Of a DNA stretch of 64,000 nt, positions 1 to 13,040 are shown piece after piece. The notes beneath the pieces are model-generated. The model saw nothing but the letters and a program-made list of their open reading frames with translations, was not told the origin of the DNA and did no database searches. The translations under genes were made by a program, and so were the position numbers. Position 1 is the first letter of the stretch, and every line of letters starts with the position of its first letter. The DNA comes from Macrostomum lignano (lineage: Eukaryota). The stretch spans positions 62,001-126,000 of the forward strand of contig NIVC01000458.1 in assembly GCA_002269645.1 (NCBI GenBank), read 5' to 3'.

Positions 1-239
1 TGTTTGAGAGGGAGTTCGGGAGGGTGTTCGAGGGGATTTTCGCGAGGGTGTTCGAGAGAATTTTCAGGAGGATGTTTGAGAAGATGTTTGAGAGGATTTT
101 CGATAGGGTGTTCGAGAGGGTGCTATAGCAGCTTGAAAGGCTGGGAAATGGATAAAAGGCAGGGAGAGGAAGAGGAAGAGTCACTACCAGGAGCTTACCC
201 ACAGAGCTTGAAGATCACCCACAACTGATCATCATCTAG

Positions 240-560
240 TGCCACATATCTAGTGCTTTACCTGGCACTATCTTCATAGTGCCAAAGTGTTTTCTAAGCC
301 TTATCTTATCAATGTATACCAACAAATCTCATTTGCTAAGGAAAACATCCTAGACTATAATCATTACATTGTTTGAACTGTACAAATGGATGTTATGCCT
401 TTTAGCCTATAGAACAGAGGTCAGACATCCCAGAAATTAATTGATACTATCCTCTGTGGTCTTAACTATGTTATCACCTATGTGGACAACCTTCTTATTA
501 GTCTCAGGTCAATTCAATGACAAGACATTTTGATGACAACAACTTTGATATCAACTTGGG
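240..560 (+). pseudogene. Decayed Ty3/Gypsy LTR-retrotransposon reverse transcriptase fragment
   Basis: Frameshifted translation gives HSAKVFSK..YQQI..., then MPFSL*NRGQTSQKLIDTILCGLNYVITYVDNLLI. This matches the Gypsy RT pattern GAKVFSKLD..YHQI..MPFGLxNA.ATFQRLMD.IL.GL....YxDDILI. Stops, frameshifts and YVDN for YxDD show decay. Confidence 0.8.
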
Positions 561-3500
561 ACATTTTGGTAACACTAGTAGTCAATTTGGTAACAAGCTT
601 TTTTAGACTTGCTTTTACTATTTTTGTTGGTAAATATTTAAATATAACTTAAGACAGAAGAAAACCATCTGACTATTTTAATAACATAGACTAAAGATAA
701 TTTAGTACTTGTGTTGTGCATCTTTATTGACTTTATACAAAAGGAAATGATCTTCCTTGGTCAACTATGACCATCAATAGAATTCAGCCACTCAATTCCA
801 AGGTTGATGCCATCTAAAAGGGATGCATACAAATTTGGGAACAAACAAATTTGGCAAAAGAGATTCATTATGGACAAATTTAGCAAAAGCAAATTTGGCA
901 ACAATACAATACAGGCAAATTTGGCAAAATGTCTTATTTTAAAGTTATAGTTAAAGTTAAGTTGTTTTCTAATTGAGGAAGAATAAAACAACCTTATTAA
1001 AAAAAGTAGAGTAGAAATTTTGTTAAAATTCAAACTTCAATTCAAAGTGGGCTATAATTTTTGCAATTCAAAAGGATAGTCACATTATAATTTTTTAATA
1101 AGCATTTTATATAAAAACAATGGCATAGTACCCTCATCATGCCAAAAAACCAATTATAGGCCTACATTTATAGTTTTTCTCAACAAAAGGAGTCCAAACT
1201 ATTTTTTTCTAATATATTTCCTTTTTATTTCATCATTCTACTAATTCTTTATTCAAATCTGCATTTCGTATAAACCTACAGAGGATGGCTTAAGTAGAAG
1301 GACGGGAAACTGTTTTTGTTATGTAAAAAATTCCGTTTGTAGCTTTTCATATTAAAAAATGGGTTATTAGTGCAAAATGATCACAGAGCGTTATCTATGA
1401 AAAATACATTACCGGTAACCTGACGAAGAAAAAAAATCGAGACACTATAAAAGGCTATAACTTTGTATTACTTTACCAAATTTTACTAATAAGATATCAA
1501 AACGCTTATGTCAATAACTTCTAATAGATAAAAAATATATAATTTAACTTTAAAAATCTCGCTGGAGACTCAGGACTGAGAGTCCCTAGGCCCCTAACCT
1601 AATTTGAGCACTGAGAGAAACCGTCAGATTCGTAGAATTACAGTTTTTGACTTTGTACAGTAAGTTAAAAACCTTAACAAACAACATTGAAAAAATATAA
1701 GAAATTCGTTAGTTTTATTCAAAAGTTAAAAAATGCAGTTAATTTGTTTAAAAGTTACGGGTAAAATAATAATGAAGTTTTACATTACTTCAATTATGAC
1801 GCATACCCAATAATTGGATTGACATAATCAAGCCAGAGTATAAGACGACGGACGTCAGGCGTGCGTTAAGAAAACGATAATTATCAACTCTCTGAACATA
1901 TATTTATGTACTGTATAAGCCTAATGAAGTAAAGACTGTAGTTAATTCAAGTAAACTATTGCTGGAATATGCTCTTTGGAAAGTTTCTCTTTAAGAAAAG
2001 GATGTTGACAGTTTAATAAATATGTTAGAATTCTGAGGCTTTTCATCTGCTTGCAGATAAAAAATAATTATAAAAAAGTCAAAAAGTCAAAAAATTATCG
2101 TCTTATTGTATTCATATAGGCCTACTAATAATATACTTTAGTGTAGTGTATATACTAGGCCTATTATTATTATTTTAAAAGCAAAAAGTTGTTTTTTAAA
2201 TTGGTTTAGGCCTATGTCATAATTCTTTTTAATATTTTAAAATAAAAAGGTTATAGGCCTAATCTTTTATTAATACTATAGCCATTGGTGAATATAGGCC
2301 TTAGGCCTAATCTTTGTGATTTATATATCTGCCTTTGGATAGCTAGGCCTAGGCCCCTATAAGTTTTATCTGTTGCCTTGTTAAAAAATAGAATACTTCA
2401 TTAAATACTTTTTCATGGAATCAGACATGGAGCCTCTGTAGCTGCCTTCTGTAGTCCAATATCATACCCTGTGGCGCACACTTGGTGAATTTGATCCAAT
2501 TAGTGCAAAGCAAAAAATTATTGCATGTATTGTGCATACTTGGGATTATGGCCTACCTAGGGCCTTAGTGCCTAGGCCTATTATTATATTAGTAATTTAT
2601 TTATAGGCCTAAGCTATAGAATATTAGCCTTGGGTTGAAAACTTAGAAATTTTTCCTATAAAAAAACTAAACAACTTAGCTCAAAAGTCAATGTTTCTAC
2701 TCTAGCGCAAATTTGCACCATGCCCAAAAATGAGGCAATATGGTGCAAATGCGCAATTAATAAGGTTCGGCACAAATCTGAAAATATAGAGAATTTGCAT
2801 CAAAATTTTAACCCTTTCTGTGCTTTTGGATTCTTTTTTAAGAAACTATTATGTTTTATAATTGCAGTATTGATTTAAAGAAATTAGTCTAATACCCATG
2901 CTGTTGTAGCTATTTTTCGACCTATCTTTTGCCAAGTAGTACTTTATCTCATCCAAAATTAGATAATTTATGTTTGAGGTCCTTGGATGTTAGGTATTTG
3001 AGTTTTTTTAAATATCTCAATAGGCATCATACTGCATTAGAGCCTTAGAGGTAAAGAGTGATAATGGTGCAAAAATGAACAGCTTGGTGCAAAAAATGAA
3101 GGTTGCTGAGTGGGAACACTGACTTAACTAGAATATTGAATGAATATATATTAATGCTTTGTAACTTTTAGACTAGGGGCCTAGGCTTAGGCCTCTACTT
3201 TTAAACCTTCTAATTTAGGTTAAGCTACAATACTAGCAAGTTCTCTATGAAAAATATAGGCCCTAGAAAAAATATAAGGGTCTATTGGATTTCATAATTT
3301 TGTGTAAAGGTTAATTTTTTGAATGCCTTAGGCCTCTATAGTCTAGGCCTATATTATGTTTTTTTAAGAATAACTCTAGTTTTTAAGTTTTTAAACAGGC
3401 TATATTTTATTATATTATAAAATTCATTTATAGTTAACATAGGCTAGTTTTTACAATGTTTCATGAAATTATGCCATAGACATATTCTATAAGACATTTT

Positions 3501-4661
3501 GGCAATTTTTCTTTTTCATTTGTTAAATTAAATTTTCATTTGAACACAAACAGTACTAACTTAAAACAACACAAAATGATAATAGTATATCGTGGAAACC
3601 TTTCTAGCATTTAAAAAAGCATGAAATTGAAATTGCACCAAGGTGTATAAGAAAGTGAAGCAACAATTGTCTTTTAGCAATTGTCTGGTTAAAACTGTAG
3701 GATATCACTAGAAAACATGATGAAGTTCAAAAGTCAAAACTTTGAAGTTTGGTTTACAAGTATAAGGGGTAATAGTGGGCAATCCAATTTATAAAGGGTA
3801 ATAGTGGGCAATCCAAAAGAGTATGTTGCCAAAGATGATCTGTGGGTGCATCTTCTGCCACATGAATTCCTCGAGATATGACTCAAAGAAGGCCTGGTTT
3901 GTACCATGCATAGCTCAGAACTTCACCTTTAGTGCGCCCATGTCTTCTCAATGAGGTTTGTGTGCACAGTTGGGTCTTGAGGATTGACAAATAAGAGCTG
4001 GTAGTTGACAACAGCATGATTCTGGAGCTGGGCATACACTTGCCATCCATCAGTAATCACATGTGTATCAGGGAGAACATGATGTTGAATCAAAGGTAGC
4101 AGCATTGCAGTGGTGCGGTTAGGAATAGCAATCATCACACACTTCCTAGCAGCACGTTCAACCATGCCTAGTACCCACTGTCCAGGCTGGTGGGCACCTT
4201 GGTAGTACTTTCGGTGAAAGAAATAGGATTTGTCTATCTCTATATCTCTACCAGGACCACTTAGTGCATGTGAAATTAATGTTGCACAGCTCCAGTGTGG
4301 GACACACTTGCCTAGGGGGTACTATAAATGTAGGTGCTGCAGGGCGACCAGCCATGTCATTGAATATAATTGTATATTTTTGAGCAGTAGCTGACTAAAA
4401 ACTTAAGAGGACTTGTAAATTATTTTCTTCGTACCCCCCTTCTAGTTTTCTAGTGATATCCCCAAAGTTTTAACCAGACAGTTGCTAAAAGACAGTTGTT
4501 ATTTCACTTTCTTACACACCTTGGCGCAATTTAAATTTCATGCTTTTCTAAATGCTACAAAGGTTTCCACAATATACTGTTATCATTTTTTGTCATTTTA
4601 AGTTAGTACTATTCATGTTCAAATGAAAAATTAATTTAACAAACGAAAGAGGAAAATTGCC
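3501..4661 (-). mobile_element. Merlin (IS1016/IS1595-like) DNA transposon, non-autonomous/decayed
   Basis: ~215-bp TIRs (3501-3716 and 4445-4661, starting GGCAATTTT). Flanking 8-mers GACATTTT and AACATTTT form a 7/8-identical TSD. Internal minus-strand remnant (~4290-3790): GPGRDIEIDKSYFFHRKYYQG..WVLGMVER..ITDGW..HTNLIEKTW, then frameshifted HGTNQAFFESYLEEFMW, typical of ISXO2/Merlin transposases. Confidence 0.92.
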
Positions 4662-5176
4662 AACATTTTGGCAAAATAGACTAATATTTTTGGCAAATTC
4701 AATTTCTTTTCTTTTGTTCTCTTTACTTTCCTCTTTTATTTATCTTATTTCTCTTTCGTTTATTTTCTTTTTTCTTTGTTCCTCTTTTGTTTCTTCTTTC
4801 TATTTTTTATTCTTTACTTTCCTTTTTCTTTTATTTATTATTTATTTATTTATTTATTTTATTTTTTTATCTATTTTTTCACTATTTTCTTTTTTCTCAC
4901 ATGACCCATAAATAGGAACTATATTCTGGCTCTTAAGGTAAAAAAGTTACCTGACCCTAAGTTTAAATTCTTTAAAAAGTACTAGGATAATACCACCAAC
5001 CCAATTACAGTAGCTAGTTATTGCAATGCAGATCCTTTAGAATCTATTTAAGTATAGCTCAATACTAGAAAAAAGCAGACAAACTTCCCATGCTTATAGT
5101 TTCTATCCTAATTCAGTTAGAGTTGAGACTTTATATTTAAATAGAGAATACTTAAAAAAATAATTGTCAAGTTGTA

Positions 5177-6138
5177 CTTCGGGTGTGTCATAAGTAATGT
5201 CACTGCAGGCCTCTGTCTAAAATATGTAGGCACATGGACTTGTGGGTAGTGTAGCTGCAAAGTATACTTAGTGAAGCAATAGCAGTGCATTTGAGACGTG
5301 CATAGGTTGTTTATGGCCCAAGCTATCGCAAGAATACGCCAAGCAGATTTAGCAAGTGCAACGCGATGAAAACTCGTCTATGCAGCAAACAAAAATAACC
5401 ATGAATCTTGACAAGACGCCTGCACCTAGCAGATCCGCAAGGTGTTCAGCAGCCGGGCTTGAATGACATCCTAAACTGCCTGGTTGCTGAGGATGAAAGC
5501 TGGCTCTACCTGGATGGCAAGGGCAGCAAGGCAGACAACCGCTGCTGGCTGGGAGCTGGGGTCTGCTGCCGACCGTGACCACAAGGTCCGTCTCGGACAA
5601 GAAGACCATGCTGCTGGTGGCCTTTACGCCAAACAAAGATGTCTCATCAAGGGTCAAACGTCAAGTTCGATTGTCAGTAGTTTTTATCCACTTTTGCCCG
5701 GCACACTGGGGTCCTTTGGCGCACTCTTCGGTCAAATCCATGTCTCCTGGACGAGGTTCTGTGGCAGGTGGACACCGCACGGTCGCACACCTGTAAGCCT
5801 GTTTCGGATTTTCTACCTGCACGGCGAGTGAATCTGCTCTGACAGAGTCCCTACAGCCTGGACCTCAACCCGGACAGATTTCTGTTCAAATGGCTAAAGG
5901 CTGACTTTTCCAAGAAGAGTTTCGCAAATCATGAAGAGGTCAAACAGGCCGCGTTGCACTGGTTATGGCTGTTGGATTAAAAACACCTGCAGGCTGAGGT
6001 GGACAAGCTGTATGAGCATTGCCAGAGAGTGATTGATATTGGGGGACTCTATATTGTTGAGTGGTACAGTTTTGTTCATCTGCGATTGCAAGTTCGTCTG
6101 TTTTCACATCAGTGACATAACTTTTGACACACCCGAAG
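5177..6138 (+). mobile_element. Tc1/mariner element, decayed
   Basis: ~28-bp TIRs CTTCGGGTGTGTCA(T/A)AAGT(A/T)ATGTCACT at both ends with TA on each side (5175-5176, 6139-6140). Internal remnants KKTMLLVAF, DTARSH (cf. DNARPH) and PYSLDLNPDRFLFKWLK (cf. YSPDLAPxDFxLF). Confidence 0.9.
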
Positions 6139-7164
6139 TAAGTCAATAATTTCACAATGAGCAAGCTTATGGTAGCAAAATTTGGTCAATTTTAAAACCT
6201 TATATATCTAGCCTTATAAGGAATTGTGGTGGTAGTCTTGCTGAAAAAAGTATAGCTATAAAAGTTCACAGGGCCATTAAGGATAATCTTCAAAATTCAA
6301 AATTTAATAGAATTGTACTAAAATAGTTGAAGATTTGTTACAAGTGTACCTCCTTTTTTGCTTTTTCTAGAACAAGTTTTCTTTTTTCTTTTTGTTTCAT
6401 TGTAAGGTATAAGGTTGTCTGAATGCTCTCTTTTCAGATACACATGTGCCAACAACTGTCTTTGATCAAGAGGCCATTTTTTCTGCCCTCCTTTATGGAG
6501 GACTTCTCCAAACAGCTACCTGACATTGAGGCCATTGTTACCAAACAGAAACAGCGACTCCTTAGCCTAAGCAATTCAGAGTGGGCAGATTTTCAGTTTG
6601 TTAATCGCTTCTTCTTTGTTTTGGATGCTAACATTTCTGAATTGGAAGGCACACAGACTTTTGAAGAATCTGAGCAGGTAAATTACTGTTTCTCCATCAA
6701 GTTACTAACTGTGCTTGTTTCTTTTAAACATTAAACATTAAACATTTATCGATATTTTATTGTAAAAAAGCAGCCTGTGCAGCCCTTTCTATGTATGTGA
6801 TTACTTCCCCTATGATATTCACCATAGTTTTTCAATTAGCAGTTCATTAATATCGGTGAACAGAAACGACAGTCCTTATAGATTTAAATGTGAAATCGTA
6901 AAACAAAGCTGATTTTTTGTGGGGAGAAATTTGGCTTGCAAAAACTCTCCATTGTCGCTTTAAGCTACTTATTTGAAGATAACAACACGAAAGATGACCT
7001 CACTGCAAATCCCGCGGAAACCCTCGCACCTCGCCCATTGTGGTTGTGGCTGTAAACGACAACTTTCGGGTCGTCATCCGTCTGAGGCACGATGAGAGAA
7101 CTTCTGATCCTGAGCAGCATGTCATCAACAAGAATGTCATTAACATTTAACCAATCCAAGAGGC

Positions 7165-10100
7165 TGACACCTACACTTGATCAGTCCAAGAGACCCACAT
7201 CAACACTTGATCAGTCCAAGAGACCCACATCAACACTTGATCAGTCCAAGAGACCCACATCAACACTTGATCAGTCCAAGAGACCGACATCAACACTTGA
7301 TCAGTCCCAGATATTCACATCAACACTTGATCAGTCCAAGAGACCGACATCAACACTTGATCAGTCCAAGAGACCGACATCAACACTTGATCAGTCCCAG
7401 AGATTCACATCAACACTTGATCAGTCCAAGAGACCGACATCAACACTTGATCAGTCCAAGAGACCGACATCAGCACTTGATCAGTCCAAGAGACCGACAT
7501 CAACACTTGATCAGTCCAAGAGACCGACATCAACACTTGATCAGTCCAAGAGATTCACATCAACACTTATCAGTCCAAGAGACCGACATCAACACTTGAT
7601 CAGTCCAAGAGACCGACATCAACACTTGATCAGTCCCAGAGATTCACATCAACACTTGATCAGTCCAAGAGACCGACATCAACACTTGATCAGTCCAAGA
7701 GACCCACATCAACACTTGATCAGTCCCAGATATTCACATCAACACTTGATCAGTCCAAGAGACCGACATCAACACTTGATCAGTCCAAGAGACCGACATC
7801 AACACTTGATCAGTCCCAGAGATTCACATCAACACTTGATCAGTCCAAGAGACCGACATCAACACTTGATCAGTCCCAGAGATTCACATCAACACTTGAT
7901 CAGTCCCAGAGATTCACATCAACACTTGATCAGTCCAAGAGACCGACATCAACACTTGATCAGTCCAAGAGATTCACATCAACACTTGATCAGTCCAAGA
8001 GACCGACATCAACACTTGATCAGTCCAAGAGACCCACATCAACACTTGATCAGTCCAAGAGACCGACATCAACACTTGATCAGTCCAAGAGACCGACATC
8101 AACACTTGATCAGTTCCAGAGATTCACATCAACACTTGATCAGTCCAAGAGACCGACATCAACACTTGATCAGTCCCAGAGATTCACATCAACACTTGAT
8201 CAGTCCAGAGATTCACATCAACACTTGATCAGTCCAAGTGACCGACATCAACACTTGATCAGTCCAAGAGATTCACATCAACACTTGATCAGTCCAAGAG
8301 ACCGACATCAACACTTGATCAGTCCCAGAGATTCACATCAACACTTGATCAGTCCCAGAGATTCACATCAACACTTGATCAGTCCAAGAGACCGACATCA
8401 ACACTTGATCAGTCCAAGAGACCCACATCAACACTTGATCAGTCCCAGAGATTCACATCAACACTTGATCAGTCCAAGAGACCGACATCAACACTTGATC
8501 AGTCCAAGAGACCGACATCAACACTTGATCAGTCCCAGAGATTCACATCAACACTTGATCAGTCCAAGAGACCGACATCAACACTTGATCAGTCCCAGAG
8601 ATTCACATCAACACTTGATCAGTCCAGAGATTCACATCAACACTTGATCAGTCCAAGTGACCGACATCAACACTTGATCAGTCCAAGAGATTCACATCAA
8701 CACTTGATCAGTCCAAGAGACCGACATCAACACTTGATCAGTCCAGAGATTCACATCAACACTTGATCAGTCCCAGAGATTCACATCAACACTTGATCAG
8801 TCCAAGTGACCGACATCAACACTTGATCAGTCCAAGAGATTCACATCAACACTTGATCAGTCCAAGAGACCGACATCAACACTTGATCAGTCCCAGAGAT
8901 TCACATCAACACTTGATCAGTCCAAGAGACCGACATCAACACTTGATCAGTCCCAGAGATTCACATCAACACTTGATCAGTCCAAGAGACCGACATCAAC
9001 ACTTGATCAGTCCCAGAGATTCACATCAACACTTGATCAGTCCAAGAGACCGACATCAACACTTGATCAGTCCAAGAGACCGACATCAACACTTGATCAG
9101 TCCCAGAGATTCACATCAACACTTGATCAGTCCAAGAGACCGACATCAACACTTGATCAGTCCAGAGATTCACATCAACACTTGATCAGTCCAGAGATTC
9201 ACATCAACACTTGATCAGTCCAAGTGACCGACATCAACACTTGATCAGTCCAAGAGATTCACATCAACACTTGATCAGTCCAAGAGACCGACATCAACAC
9301 TTGATCAGTCCAAGAGATTCACATCAACACTTGATCAGTCCAAGAGACCGACATCAACACTTGATCAGTCCAGAGATTCACATCAACACTTGATCAGTCC
9401 CAGAGATTCACATCAACACTTGATCAGTCCAAGTGACCGACATCAACACTTGATCAGTCCAAGAGATTCACATCAACACTTGATCAGTCCAAGAGACCGA
9501 CATCAACACTTGATCAGTCCCAGAGATTCACATCAACACTTGATCAGTCCAGAGATTCACATCAACACTTGATCAGTCCAAGTGACCGACATCAACACTT
9601 GATCAGTCCAAGAGATTCACATCAACACTTGATCAGTCCAAGAGACCGACATCAACACTTGATCAGTCCAAGAGACCGACATCAACACTTGATCAGTCCA
9701 AGAGACCGACATCAACACTTGATCAGTCCCAGATATTCACATCAACACTTGATCAGTCCAAGAGACCGACATCAACACTTGATCAGTCCAAGAGACCGAC
9801 ATCAACACTTGATCAGTCCCAGAGATTCACATCAACACTTGATCAGTCCAAGAGACCGACATCAACACTTGATCAGTCCCAGAGATTCACATCAACACTT
9901 GATCAGTCCCAGAGATTCACATCAACACTTGATCAGTCCAAGAGACCGACATCAACACTTGATCAGTACCAGATATTCACATCAACACTTGATCAGTCCA
10001 AGAGACCGACATCAACACTTGATCAGTCCCAGAGATTCACATCAACACTTGATCAGTCCCAGAGATTCACATCAACACTTGATCAGTCCCAGAGATTCAC

Positions 10101-10680
10101 ATCAACACTTGATCAGTCCAAGAGACCGACATCAAACTTGATCAGTCCCAGAGATTCACATCAACACTTGATCAGTCCAAGTGACCGACATCAACACTTG
10201 ATCAGTCCAAGAGATTCACATCAACACTTGATCAGTCCAAGAGACCGACATCAACACTTGATCAGTCCAAGAGACCGACATCAACACTTGATCAGTCCAA
10301 GAGACCGACATCAACACTTGATCAGTCCAAGAGACCGACATCAAAACTTGATCAGTCCCAGAGATTCACATCAACACTTGATCAGTCCAAGAGACCGACA
10401 TCAACACTTGATCAGTCCAAGAGACCGACATCAACACTTGACCAGTCCAAGAGACCGACATCAACACTTGACCAGTCCAAGAGACCGACATCAACACTTG
10501 ACCAGTCCAAGAGACCGACATCAACACTTGACCAGTCCAAGAGACCGACATCAACACTTGACCAGTCCAAGAGACCGACATCAACACTTGATCAGTCTAA
10601 GAGACGTTCACAGAACTTACGTTCGCATCAACACTCGATTAGTCCAAGAGTCCGACATCAAAACTTGATCTATTGACCAG
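7165..10680. repeat. 30-bp tandem satellite (~115 units), consensus ACATCAACACTTGATCAGTCCAAGAGACCG
   Basis: Directly visible. A few recurring variants, no unique spacers; occasional 29-bp units explain the frame switches between the HQHLISPRD and STLDQSKRP ORFs. Confidence 0.98.
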
Positions 10681-11299
10681 TCCAAGAGACGGAAAGAGAT
10701 GAGAGAGTCACAGCTCTGTCAATATCGATTCTCGATTGTAGACAAAGACTGATTGTGTATTTAGCTAGTTTAATATTCCTTTCTGGTGCATACTTCTTTA
10801 ATTTAAGGAAAAGTGAATAAACAAGGTTTAAAGATAGCTGAATAAAGATATTTTTACAAAATTATCTGCCTTGATAAAACGAGCTTTACGAAGTCCCGAT
10901 AACATCAGTAGCTATAATTACCAGTGTGTAAAATCCGGTCATTCATGTACCATGTGTCACAACACCATTTTTGAAAATTCCATCGGATAACGAAAACTCA
11001 GAGGAGACATCACAAGCAGCTCGCATACACACACAAGAGGCGATAAAAAGAAGGGAAACAAGCAAAGTCTGGAAAGCAAACCACTCATTCAGACGACTTC
11101 AGTCCAGGGTTAAATATGTTATCAAAGGAGCAAAATTCTCTTCTTGCACGAGTTTTTAGAACGGAAGAAAATACTATTCGACAGCTTCTCCAACATCGGC
11201 GAAGGCAGTCGAAGGAAGAAGACCTCTTGGCAGGAGATTAACGTTTTGCACTGCAGTGGATACAAAGAGCTGAGCTAATGACTCCGCACACTCGTGGCA

Positions 11300-12125
11300 T
11301 AACGTGGAAAAATCTGCAGAGTGCAACTATAAAGAAAGTGGACAATAGTAAGTAGATGGTGTTGGATGAGACTGTTCTGAATATAGTGACCAATTAACCT
11401 ATTTCAAGTGACCAATTGCTCTTTCCACAATGCTACGGGTACGACGATGAGCTGCATTAATCTGTTTCTGACAGGAGACAGGAGGAATCAGCCATTGCAA
11501 GCATGGATAAATCGAGTTGCCTAGCAACGTGCAACTCGGGAAATAGCGAAATCGCTGAAAGCTGTCAAACAAGATAGTGTTCCAAAAAACCTGTGCATCG
11601 TTCACACATCCTGGCCAGGATGCATTCACATAGAAGAGGTGATGCTGCAGTCCGAAAGCAAGCATGAGATTCAACGAGTGTTCCCCTTTCGGTCTACAAA
11701 TCGCACCTCATCCTCACGTTATGTTGACTAATGTTCCATCCAATGCGCCACATACCTAAGGCACTTCACCGATGTTATTGAAGTTTACCACTGCATAGGT
11801 TCTCTACGTTGTTGATTGGCCATTTTTCAGTATCTTGGAATAGTGTTTCATTAATTACATAGGTGGCTCGTTTCACTACTTGGCAGCTTGCGGCCTTAGA
11901 AGGTCGATGAGCGTCCCCAACACAAATACAAATTAGTAGCGTAGAAGCGCAATGTGGTTAAAATTTGCTAACTCGATGTCAATGCACAACTGTGTCATGT
12001 TGGATGCGTCGATAACGGACCAATTTGGTGCTCAAGCTCGTCATAGGTATTCTAATTCAGTCTAAATCGTTCTACGAAGTCGCTATCATTGTCAAGAACA
12101 ATGCTCAGGCTCCTCTTTGATATTC
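11300..12125 (-). pseudogene. PIF/Harbinger (HARBI1-like, DDE_Tnp_4) transposase pseudogene
   Basis: Minus-strand pieces DSDFVERFRLN*, QILTTLRFYAT, VCGALDGTLV, FVDRKG..SLNLM, YVNASWPGCVNDAQVF, LLGNSIYPCLQWLIPP, INAAHRRTRSIVERAIGHLK reproduce the Harbinger nuclease motifs in order, with stops and frameshifts. Confidence 0.9.
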
Positions 12126-12245
12126 CACAACTGTACCAAATCTAGAGAAAGTAACTTTTTACTGATTTTAGCCGACGCATTTTAACCAGTGTTTGATTGT
12201 TGGAAGTTTCGTATCGTAAAATCATATCTACCCTGTTTTTTGTCT

Positions 12246-13040
12246 ATGGCTTCTCTAATTTACTGCGACATTGTATTTTCATTTGCCCATCTACAGGCCC
12301 TCTGTCCGGTTTCGTCGAATCCGACCAACCTATCGACGACCCATCGAGTGACGCGCAATTTATGGGACGCAGCGATATTTCTATTCGGCGATATTGACAG
12401 AAGCATTCACTCCGCCGTTGACGACATTGCGTCGGAGTTCACGCCCAGCCTAGCGTGTCAGTTGCACTCCATCGTGTGCCGAGACCTGCTGCCCAACCCT
12501 GGAAGTTACCGCCTTAGACCGGCTCGGCCAGCGAATGAACCGGACTTTTACTACGCTCCACCAGAAGAGATTTCAGATCGTCTAAACGTTCTATTTGCTA
12601 ATTGTCGTGCCGCTATTCGATCTGATAGCAGCCTGTTGGAGACTGTACACCTGGCAGCTAGCTTTATCGAACAGTACCTGGCCATACATCCATTCAGCGA
12701 TGGCAACGGTAGAACTGCCAGATTATTATGCGCTCTGCTGTTGCGACCGCTACTGCTCGAACCTGTGTCCATCTGTCTGGCCAGTTCTCAGTCCAGAGAT
12801 ATCTTCTTGCGATGTCTACGCGAGGCCCGCGGTCCCGGCGGCCATGTAGGCTTGTTAACTGCCTACTTATTGGCGTCAGTGGACAGGGCTGTGACCAGCT
12901 GGATCGAGTGGCTATATTGTTGTTCTAGAAATCAGGAACTATCACTGGTGGATGATGATGCTGCTGATGTTGAAAACGGAAAAGATGGCTCATTGTTTGG
13001 TGCAGCCGTTGCAAACCGTGCTCTATTCTGTTATAGCTAA
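12246..13040 (+). CDS. Fic-domain protein 1 (putative AMPylase); 5' end uncertain
   Basis: Open frame with canonical HPFSDGNGRTAR, preceded by LHSIV...PGSYR and followed by RDIFLRCLREA. First ATG at 12246; a polypyrimidine+CAG near 12297 could instead be a splice acceptor for an upstream exon. Confidence 0.85.
   Translation: MASLIYCDIVFSFAHLQALCPVSSNPTNLSTTHRVTRNLWDAAIFLFGDIDRSIHSAVDDIASEFTPSLACQLHSIVCRDLLPNPGSYRLRPARPANEPDFYYAPPEEISDRLNVLFANCRAAIRSDSSLLETVHLAASFIEQYLAIHPFSDGNGRTARLLCALLLRPLLLEPVSICLASSQSRDIFLRCLREARGPGGHVGLLTAYLLASVDRAVTSWIEWLYCCSRNQELSLVDDDAADVENGKDGSLFGAAVANRALFCYS

Noticed and set aside
6438-6690. Possible hAT transposase exon (LSNSEWADFQFVNRFF..ISELEG)
   Set aside because: Only a vague resemblance to the hAT LT..EW..L motif; no TIRs or other motifs found.
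6965-7159. Short minus-strand ORF PKVVVYSHNHNGRGAR (rhodanese-like?)
   Set aside because: Could be an exon but has no diagnostic motif or confidently linked partner exon.
7092-10668. Long ORFs of HQHLISPRD/STLDQSKRP repeats
   Set aside because: By-products of a stop-free 30-bp unit; frames switch at 1-bp deletions.
7165-10680. CRISPR array
   Set aside because: Units are head-to-tail with no unique spacers, there are no cas genes, and the context is eukaryotic. The same applies to all other arrays.
10971-11200. Harbinger Myb-like ORF2 remnant
   Set aside because: Position is plausible, but no recognisable Trp-spaced Myb/SANT pattern.
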